From Paracoccaceae bacterium (GTDB taxonomy: Bacteria > Pseudomonadota > Alphaproteobacteria > Rhodobacterales > Rhodobacteraceae), in NCBI GenBank assembly GCA_007692585.1, contig REBU01000105.1, positions 197 through 64,196 on the forward strand: a stretch of DNA of 64,000 nucleotides. The letters are read 5' to 3'. Numbering within the stretch: the first letter of the stretch is position 1; every line of letters starts with the position of its first letter. The notes beneath the pieces were generated by a model. It searched no databases and was not told the origin of the DNA. It worked only from the letters and a program-made list of their open reading frames with translations. Positions 1 to 9,091 of the stretch are shown here, in pieces. A program made the position numbers and the translations under genes.

Positions 1-1140
1 CCAGCCCGAACTCGCCCCCATCGGCAAATTGCGTCGAGGCATTGTGCATCAGGATCGCGGAATCGAGCCCTGCGAAAAACCTCTGCACCACGCCCGCATC
101 CTCGGCAATCACCGCATCTGTATGCTGCGAGCCGTAGGCGCGGATATGTGCCATCGCGCCTGCGACATCCTCGACCACGGCCGCCGCCATGATCATGTCG
201 AGGAATTCATAGCCGAAATCCTCGGGCTGCGCGGGGATCACACCGGGAAGATGCTGCAAGCCTTCGCCCACGCGCATCTCTACCCCTGCGGCGACCAGAT
301 CCGCGATGATCTGCGCGCCGAGCCCGTCGACGATGTCGCGGTGAATCAGCAGACATTCCGCCGCCCCGCACGGGCTGGTGCGGCGCGTCTTGGCGTTCAT
401 CACCACGCGGCGCGCTTTATCCGCATCGGCGCTGGCATCGACATAGACATGGCAAATGCCTTCGAGATGCGAGAACACAGGCACCCGCGCCTCGCGCTGC
501 ACCAGTCCGACCAGCCCCTTGCCCCCGCGCGGCACGATCACGTCGATATGCCCGACCATGCGCAGCATATCCGAGACCGCCGCGCGGTCCGTGGTCTGGA
601 CAAGCTGGATCGCATCCTCGGGCAGCCCCGCCGCCTGCAACCCGGCCACCAGTGCTGCATGAATCGCGCGCGAGGAATGGAAACTCTCGGAGCCCCCGCG
701 CAGGATCACTGCATTGCCGGATTTCAGGCAAAGCGCGCCTGCATCCGCTGTCACATTGGGCCGCGATTCAAAGATCACGCCGATCACACCCAGAGGCGTG
801 CGCACGCGCTGGATATGCAGCCCACTCGGGCGGTCCCATTCCGAAATGACCGCGCCCACCGGATCGGCTTGCGCCGCAATCTCGCACAAGGCCCCCGCGA
901 TCCCCTGCAAACGCGCCGCGTCCAGCATCAGCCGGTCCAGCATCGGCGCCGACAGCCCCTTGTCGCGGCCTGCCGCCATGTCGCGCGCATTGGCAGCAAG
1001 GATCGTCTCCTGTGCTGCGATCAGCGCGTCAGCCGCTGCGTTCAGCGCCTGCGTCTTGGCCTCGGGCGGGGTCGTGGCCAGCACGGTCGCAGCCGCGCGG
1101 GCACGCGCGCCCATCTCAAGCATCTCTCGACTGATTTCGG

Positions 1141-1144
<4 letters not shown>
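1..1144 (-). CDS. proA: gamma-glutamyl phosphate reductase, 3' end cut by window edge
   Basis: Absent from the ORF track because it runs off the window. My reverse translation from the ATG at 1142-1144 gives [21 protein letters not shown]..., and further in ...[21 protein letters not shown]..., typical of ProA. Its start overlaps the proB stop (ATGA at 1141-1144). The obg-proB-proA order is conserved synteny. Confidence 0.85.
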
Positions 1145-3302
<2,158 letters not shown>

Positions 3303-3344
3303 TTAACGCAGGATCTGCGCAAGTGAAAGACCCCGCCCATGAGC

Positions 3345-3402
3345 GCGTGCTGCGCGCAGGCGTGCGGGGTGGGTGGGTGGGCGCCGCCTGCGCGCAGCAC
3401 GC
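3345..3402. repeat. 18-bp perfect inverted repeat enclosing a G-quadruplex-type motif
   Basis: Left arm GCGTGCTGCGCGCAGGCG (3345-3362) is the exact reverse complement of the right arm CGCCTGCGCGCAGCACGC (3385-3402). The 22-nt spacer contains GGGGTGGGTGGGTGGG (3366-3381). It lies between the yjgR-like stop (3415) and the obg start (3269). Confidence 0.8.
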
Positions 3403-3414
3403 GCCCGCCTCCCT

Positions 3415-4962
3415 TCACCGCCCCCTCAGCAAGCCCCCCAGCACACCGCGCACCAAAGCCTGGCCCGTGCGCGAGCCAAGCTGCCGCGCCATCGATTTGG
3501 CAAAGGCATCCACAGGCGTATCGCCACGCCGCGCAGGCGCGCGCGTGCTCGTGCGCGAGGCCGGGCGCGCCGCAGGCTCGTAGCGTCGCGCGGCGTTGAA
3601 CTCGCGCGCGCGCTCCTTCTCGGCCTCGATCGCCTGCAATGCCGCTTCCGCCTCGCGCGCGGCCGCCTCAGCGCGGCGCGCCAGCATCTCATGCGCCGAG
3701 TCGCTGTCGATCAGCGTCTCGTATTTCCCCGCCACCGGCGAGCGCAGCATCAGCATCTGGCGCTGCCCATCCTCGATCGGTCCCATTTGCGATGATGGCG
3801 GGCGGATCAGCGTGCGCTCGGCCATGCCCGGATTGCCCTTGTCCTCCAGAAACGAGGTCACGGCCTCGCCCACCCCCACATCACGGATCGCGTCCCCGAT
3901 ATCAAAGCGCGGATTGGGCCGATAGGTCTGGGCCGCGCGGCGCAGCGCCTGCTGGTCGCGCGCCGTGAACGCGCGCAGCGCGTGCTGCACCCGGTTGCCA
4001 AGCTGGCCCAGCACTGTGTCGGGCACATCATCGGGATTCTGCGTCACGAAATAGACGCCCACACCCTTGGACCGGATCAACCGCGCCACGCGCTCGACCT
4101 TTTCCACCAGCGCGCGCGGCGCGTTGTTGAACAAGAGATGCGCCTCGTCGAAGAAGAACACCAGCTTGGGTTTGTCGGGATTGCCGACCTCGGGCAGCTC
4201 CTCGAAAAGCTGGCTTAACAGCCAGAGCAGGAAGGTCGCATAAAGCTGCGGCGTGCGCATCAGCCGTTCGGCATGCAGGATCGAGACGTAGCCGCGCCCA
4301 TCCGGGGCCATGCGCATGAAATCGCCAAGCTCCAGCGCCGGTTCGCTGAAAAACTGCACAGCCCCCTGATTTTCGAGCACCAGAAGCTTGCGCTGGATCG
4401 CCCCGATGCTCGCAGTCGTGACATTGCCGTATTGAAGGGAAATCTCGCGCTGGTTCTCGCCCAGAAAATTCAGCATCGCGCGCAGGTCTTTCAGATCGAG
4501 GATCGGCAGCCCCTCGTCATCGGAAATGCGGAAAGCGACGTTGATCACGCCTTCCTGCGCCTCGGTCAGATCGAGCATCCGCGACAGCAAAAGCGGGCCG
4601 ACCTCGGCCACGGTCGCGCGCACCGGATGGCCGTGCTCGCCGAAGAAATCCCAGAAGATCACCGGGCTCTCGCGGTAGCTGTAGCCCTCCATCCCGATGG
4701 CCTCGGCGCGCCGTTCCAACCCGCCGCGCGGCGTGCCCGGCAGCGCCATGCCCGCACAGTCGCCCTTGATATCAGTCAGAAAAACCGGCACGCCCGCATT
4801 CGAGAATTCCTCGGCCAGAACCTGCATGGTGATGGTCTTGCCCGTGCCTGTCGCCCCCGCGATCAAGCCATGACGGTTGCCATATCCCAAGCGCAAGAGC
4901 TGTGGCACACGCTGATCCTCGCCCCCACCACCAACAAACACCGCCTGATCGAACTCCGACAT
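3415..4962 (-). CDS. DUF853/YjgR-family (HerA-like) P-loop ATPase
   Basis: Walker A GATGTGKT and Walker B-like LVFFFDEAHLLF, with a basic, Ala/Arg-rich C-terminal tail. Start placed at MSEFDQAVFVGGG (ATG 4960-4962) rather than the upstream start used in the ORF track. Confidence 0.8.
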   Translation of the reverse strand: MSEFDQAVFVGGGGEDQRVPQLLRLGYGNRHGLIAGATGTGKTITMQVLAEEFSNAGVPVFLTDIKGDCAGMALPGTPRGGLERRAEAIGMEGYSYRESPVIFWDFFGEHGHPVRATVAEVGPLLLSRMLDLTEAQEGVINVAFRISDDEGLPILDLKDLRAMLNFLGENQREISLQYGNVTTASIGAIQRKLLVLENQGAVQFFSEPALELGDFMRMAPDGRGYVSILHAERLMRTPQLYATFLLWLLSQLFEELPEVGNPDKPKLVFFFDEAHLLFNNAPRALVEKVERVARLIRSKGVGVYFVTQNPDDVPDTVLGQLGNRVQHALRAFTARDQQALRRAAQTYRPNPRFDIGDAIRDVGVGEAVTSFLEDKGNPGMAERTLIRPPSSQMGPIEDGQRQMLMLRSPVAGKYETLIDSDSAHEMLARRAEAAAREAEAALQAIEAEKERAREFNAARRYEPAARPASRTSTRAPARRGDTPVDAFAKSMARQLGSRTGQALVRGVLGGLLRGR

Positions 4963-5078
4963 CACCACCCCCGCAACATGACTGAACGCGCGCTTAATGC
5001 ACGACACGCAGCGTAGATCACTCGGTTACGGAATGGAAAGCGAATCTTAACCAATCTGCGAGTATCCTTGCTCCATGT

Positions 5079-5150
5079 CCGGCGTCTCATCCTCCCTGCC
5101 GGGCATATCCTCCCTGTCTGTCTGGCTGCGCCGCAAGGCGCAGCCTTTTT
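5079..5150 (+). ncRNA. candidate small RNA with two anti-Shine-Dalgarno motifs (5' end undefined)
   Basis: The decamer ATCCTCCCTG occurs twice (5089-5098 and 5107-5116). The first copy sits in the loop of hairpin CCGGC(5079-5083)/GCCGG(5098-5102). A canonical intrinsic terminator follows. No plus-strand ORF lies upstream. Confidence 0.35.
5124..5150 (+). terminator. rho-independent terminator
   Basis: GGCTGCGCC (5124-5132), loop GCAA, GGCGCAGCC (5137-5145), then TTTTT (5146-5150). The T-tract is present only on the plus strand. Confidence 0.7.
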
Positions 5151-5188
5151 GCTGGAAGTCAGCCCAAAACGTTCGCTGGATTTAAATG

Positions 5189-5217
5189 TTGACGCATCGT
5201 TTTTTTCCGCCTAGCGT
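5189..5217 (+). promoter_or_regulatory. sigma70-like promoter candidate
   Basis: TTGACG (5189-5194), 17-nt spacer, TAGCGT (5212-5217). A terminator-like hairpin lies about 55 nt downstream. Confidence 0.25.
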
Positions 5218-5271
5218 TCGGCCCAATAAGTCGGCCAGTCCGGCAGGGAGCGATAAAAAACTCTGGGAACG

Positions 5272-5300
5272 AGGGCCTTTTGGCCCTTGTTTCTTTTTTT
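5272..5300 (+). terminator. terminator-like hairpin with T-rich tail
   Basis: AGGGCC (5272-5277), loop TTTT, GGCCCT (5282-5287), then TGTTTCTTTTTTT (5288-5300). Confidence 0.45.
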
Positions 5301-5460
5301 GCGCCCGAACTGCAGCGTTCCAAGCCGCAAGTCCCGCTCACGCAAACGTATCCCCTCAGCGCCGCGCCACTGCCGGAATCGCACATTTTTTCGACTGACA
5401 GGGTTTGGCTTGCATGCTACCAACGGCGCGATCTGGTCGAGCAGCCACAAGGATACACGC

Positions 5461-6066
5461 ATGAAATCTCTTTCCCTCACCCCACTCAGCGCAGGCTTTG
5501 CCGCTTTCCTGCTTCTGGCCGCCCAAGGCAATGCGCAAACGGACGAGGCGCCGGACACCAGCGCCGGGAGCCCGGCGCTCGGACTGTCCACGGGCGAGGT
5601 GATTGCGCCTGACGGGGACGGGGACAGCTATGTGGGCGCGACCCACGGCGATTGGGAACTGGTCTGCGTGCGCGTCCCAGATCAGGAAGATCCCTGCCAG
5701 ATGTATCAGTTGCTGCGCGATGGCGAAGGCAATGCGACGGCCGAGATTTCGATCTTTCCGCTGCCTGCCGGAAATGAAGCCGTGGCGGGTGCGACCATCC
5801 TGACACCACTGGAAACCTTGCTCACAGCACAGCTGGTCAAGCAGGTCGATGGCGGTGAAACCAAGCGCTATCCGTTCACCTTCTGCACCGCCATCGGCTG
5901 CATCGCCCGTGTGGGCTTTACTGCAGCCGAAGTCGATGCCTTCCGCCGGGGTGCGCGCGCGACATGGACGCTGGTGCCAGTGGCCGCCCCCGATCAACGG
6001 GTGGATCTGAACATGTCCCTGATAGGCTTCACCGCGGCATTCAACGAATTGTCCGAAGCGCAATAA
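5461..6066 (+). CDS. invasion-associated locus B (IalB)-like secreted protein
   Basis: Start at MKSLSLTPLSAGFAAFLLLAAQGNAQ, a signal peptide. The body GDWELVC...DPCQMYQ...FTFCTAIGCIARVGF matches the IalB family pattern of conserved Cys pairs. Confidence 0.75.
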   Translation: MKSLSLTPLSAGFAAFLLLAAQGNAQTDEAPDTSAGSPALGLSTGEVIAPDGDGDSYVGATHGDWELVCVRVPDQEDPCQMYQLLRDGEGNATAEISIFPLPAGNEAVAGATILTPLETLLTAQLVKQVDGGETKRYPFTFCTAIGCIARVGFTAAEVDAFRRGARATWTLVPVAAPDQRVDLNMSLIGFTAAFNELSEAQ

Positions 6067-6090
6067 CTGCACCCGGTCACGACAAATCAG

Positions 6091-6120
6091 AAAGCCCGGC
6101 CCTGCGCCGGGCTTTTGTTT
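6091..6120 (+). terminator. rho-independent terminator after the ialB-like gene
   Basis: AAAGCCCGGC (6091-6100), loop CCTGC, GCCGGGCTTT, then a TTTTGTTT tail. Confidence 0.7.
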
Positions 6121-6225
6121 GGCCCATTGGTGTCGCGCGCTGCATGGGGTTGGCGTGCCGCAGGAAACGTGATTGGCTGTGCCAAAGCCCCATGACGCGG
6201 GGCATGATCGCAGCAAGGAGCCCCC

Positions 6226-7719
6226 ATGACCCTGCATCCCATTCTCAAGGCCGCTGGCCTGACTGCCGATCAGACACAGGGCGGCGATCTGGTCGTCACC
6301 AGCCCGATAGACGGGGCTGAAATCGCGCAGCTCCGTCAGACCAGCGCCGCGCAGATCCCGGCCATGGTTGAGCGCGCCGAGGCCGCCTTTGCCCAATGGT
6401 GCCAGACGCCTGCCCCGCGCCGGGGCGAATTGGTGCGGCTTCTGGGCGAGGAATTGCGCGCGGCCAAGGACGCGCTGGGGGCCGTAGTGACGCTGGAAGC
6501 GGGCAAGATCACGTCTGAGGGTCTGGGCGAAGTGCAGGAGATGATCGACATCTGCGATTTCGCGGTGGGCCTGTCGCGCCAGCTTTACGGGCTGACCATC
6601 GCCTCCGAACGGCCCGGCCACCGGATGATGGAAACATGGCACCCGCTGGGCCCGGTCGCTGTGATTACCGCCTTCAATTTTCCGGTTGCGGTCTGGTCGT
6701 GGAACGCGGCGCTCGCGCTGGTTTGTGGCAATCCGGTGATCTGGAAACCGTCGGAGAAAAGTCCGCTGACAGCACTCGCGACCATGGCCGCGATGACCCG
6801 CGCGCTGGAACGCTTCGGCGATGCGCCCGAAGGGCTGGTGCAACTGGCCATCGGCGGGGCAGAGCTGGGGGACGCGCTGGTGAGCAGCCCGCGCGTGCCG
6901 CTGGTCTCGGCCACGGGCTCGACACGAATGGGCCGGATCGTCGCGCCGAAGGTGGCGGAGCGGTTTGGGCGGGTGATCTTGGAGCTGGGCGGCAATAACG
7001 CGATGATCGTGGCCCCTTCCGCCGATCTGGACATGGCCGTGCGCGCCATCGTCTTTTCCGCGGTCGGCACCGCCGGTCAGCGCTGCACCTCATTGCGCCG
7101 CCTGATCGTGCATGAAAGCCTGCGCGCCGATCTGGTCGCACAGCTGACGGCCGCCTATGCCAGCCTGCCGATTGGCGATCCGCGCGCGGAAGGAATATTG
7201 GTCGGCCCGCTGATTGATCACGCGGCGCTCGAGCAGATGCAGGCGGCGCTCGATTCCGCGCGGGCCGAAGGCGGCACGGTCCATGGCGGCGCGCCGGTCG
7301 ACGCGGTCGCAGGCGGAGCCTATGCACGCCCCGCGATTATCGAGATGCCTGCGCAAAGCGCGATTATGCGCGCGGAAACCTTCGCGCCGATCCTCTATGT
7401 CGTAGGCTATGAGACGCTGGAGGAGGCGATAGCGCTGCAGAACGACGTGCCGCAGGGGCTGTCTTCGTGCATCTTTACGCGTGACCTGCGCGAGGCCGAG
7501 ACCTTTCTTTCCGCCACGGGCTCCGATTGCGGGATTGCGAATGTGAATATCGGGCCGTCCGGCGCGGAAATCGGCGGGGCGTTCGGCGGCGAGAAGGAAA
7601 CCGGCGGCGGGCGCGAAAGCGGCTCGGACGCGTGGAAAGCCTATATGCGGCGCGCGACGAACACGATCAATTACTCCGACGCGCTCCCGCTCGCGCAAGG
7701 GGTGCGCTTTGATATCTGA
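6226..7719 (+). CDS. NAD-dependent aldehyde dehydrogenase, ALDH7 / piperideine-6-carboxylate (alpha-aminoadipic semialdehyde) dehydrogenase-like
   Basis: 497 aa. Carries ELGGNNA and the catalytic GTAGQRCTS. The N-terminal segment GEVQEMIDICDFAVGLSRQLYG is typical of the ALDH7/AmaB subgroup. Confidence 0.8.
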   Translation: MTLHPILKAAGLTADQTQGGDLVVTSPIDGAEIAQLRQTSAAQIPAMVERAEAAFAQWCQTPAPRRGELVRLLGEELRAAKDALGAVVTLEAGKITSEGLGEVQEMIDICDFAVGLSRQLYGLTIASERPGHRMMETWHPLGPVAVITAFNFPVAVWSWNAALALVCGNPVIWKPSEKSPLTALATMAAMTRALERFGDAPEGLVQLAIGGAELGDALVSSPRVPLVSATGSTRMGRIVAPKVAERFGRVILELGGNNAMIVAPSADLDMAVRAIVFSAVGTAGQRCTSLRRLIVHESLRADLVAQLTAAYASLPIGDPRAEGILVGPLIDHAALEQMQAALDSARAEGGTVHGGAPVDAVAGGAYARPAIIEMPAQSAIMRAETFAPILYVVGYETLEEAIALQNDVPQGLSSCIFTRDLREAETFLSATGSDCGIANVNIGPSGAEIGGAFGGEKETGGGRESGSDAWKAYMRRATNTINYSDALPLAQGVRFDI

Positions 7720-7733
7720 CCGGGTCAGGTTTT
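7716..7733 (+). terminator. weak terminator-like hairpin overlapping the ALDH stop codon
   Basis: CTGAC-CGG-GTCAG followed by GTTTT. The stem is short. Confidence 0.25.
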
Positions 7734-8591
7734 CGCCCAAACGGCCATGCACGCGGGCCCGCAAAACGCGGCCCCGCGTCGCGGTGGTCAGCGCGGGCTT
7801 CAAAGCGGGGCGGATGCGAAAATCCGGGCGGCTTTTGTCGTTTTGCAACTGCGCCAGGCCGACGGTCACGCAGCAGGCGCCCCCCACTGCCACGTGAGGC
7901 GCAGCTGACGATGTCTCCGGCCAGCACCACAGCTTTGCAGGGTGGACCACCCATCGCGCTGTCGGTGACACGATCCGGCGATGCGATCAGCACTCGCGAA
8001 GCAATCACGCCCATGATGCGGTCATCGCAGAGTTGTCGTGCCGTTCCCGCCCCTTCCAGCGATCATGGGCGCAGCGTCGCCAATGCACAGGCCCGGAAAA
8101 CAGCTCAGCGCATCAGCGACCGGCAGCATGCGTCAAGGCGTGCGAAGCGGAACATTTCGACTGAGACCATGGCTGGCCGTTTTCATGCTGCACCGGCAAG
8201 CGCAGTCTGTCAGGCGCGACCGGATCAGAACAGGCATGCCCCTGTGCGACGCGCGCCCCCAGCCTGTCGCATCCGAAATGACGCGTCACCGTTGCTCTGG
8301 GCTGCCCTGATGAACGGCCGCTGCCGCAGCAACCTGCAGGTTGCTATAGGGCATAACCACACCGCCCTCGCCGCCCCTTCCCTATTGGGCGCGCGCGGAC
8401 CAATGGGTATCGTCACGGGAACGATGTGCGGCAGCGCCCTGCAGTCCTTGTCATCGAAAGGGGGCTCAAGTCAGCGCAGGGGGTCTACCGACAACCGCCG
8501 CCAGACTTCATCGGTGATCCGCGTCCGTTTCAGCCCGTTGTCAATCTGCGTGATAGTGTCGTAAAGATGATGAAACGATTAAGGACTGACC

Positions 8592-8870
8592 ATGCGACCT
8601 CATTTTGCCGCTCTCTTCGCTCTTTTGATCGCTGCCGGATGCACAGCCGGTTCTGGCGCAGTGGTCCAAGGCGCGGGGCCAGATGATCTTCTGAAGCTTC
8701 GTGAAGGCCCGGGGCTTGAACACGCAATCATACTCGGTCTTCCAGACGGAACGCGCCTGACCCGCCAGAACTGTGTGACAACGGATGGCAGGGTCTGGTG
8801 CAGGGTCTTCCTGACAGACAGGCCCAGTGTCTCGGGTTTCGTTTCGGCGGACTATCTGGCGCATCGCTGA
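8592..8870 (+). CDS. small lipoprotein with bacterial SH3-like domain
   Basis: MRPHFAALFALLIAAGC is a lipobox (LIAAGC). The body LKLREGPGLEHAIILGLPDGTRL...DGRVWCRV...GFVSADYL resembles SH3b. RBS AAGGA lies at 8581-8585. Confidence 0.65.
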   Translation: MRPHFAALFALLIAAGCTAGSGAVVQGAGPDDLLKLREGPGLEHAIILGLPDGTRLTRQNCVTTDGRVWCRVFLTDRPSVSGFVSADYLAHR

Positions 8871-9091
8871 CTGCGATCTCGCCCCGAAGCTGCTGGGGAA
8901 TGGTGTCGCGATGATTGCATGTCGCGGCCGTAGAAACGCCCCCCTTGGGATGGCGCGCGACCACCCCAGTCTGCGGCAGGTGAGGCCGGGCACTGTCGCC
9001 TGAATGCCCTAATCCGGCTGTCGCGCGCCGCCGTGTCTTTTCCCCGCCTCAGTCGTGCCCGCGTGGCCTGCAGAAAGCTTCGCGCGACACC

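Noticed and set aside
4963-5007. Upstream N-terminal extensions in the track for several genes: yjgR-like 5007, prmA 43836, msrA 44601, hbd 49994, gst 51655, tmm 54978, the GlxA-family (GbdR/SouR-like) regulator 61480, XRE-cupin 61443, the gpI-like gene 14155, DUF6519 11857 and the small ORF 31798
   Set aside because: Internal starts fit better. They give family-typical N-termini, are preceded by RBS-like sequences or create ATGA coupling with the upstream gene. The extensions have atypical composition. Start sites remain predictions.
5047-5106. 19-codon minus-strand mini-ORF (MPGREDETPDMEQGYSQIG) preceded by GGGAGGA, the complement of the CCUCCC motifs
   Set aside because: The SD-like sequence ends only 2 nt before the ATG, which is too close. 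The adjacent terminator is oriented for the plus strand. The sRNA interpretation explains both motifs and the terminator better.
7911-8564. 217-aa plus-strand ORF in the ALDH-SH3 gap
   Set aside because: Its Ser/Ala/Arg-rich composition is implausible, it has no motifs and no RBS. It was considered only as part of a possible decayed region.
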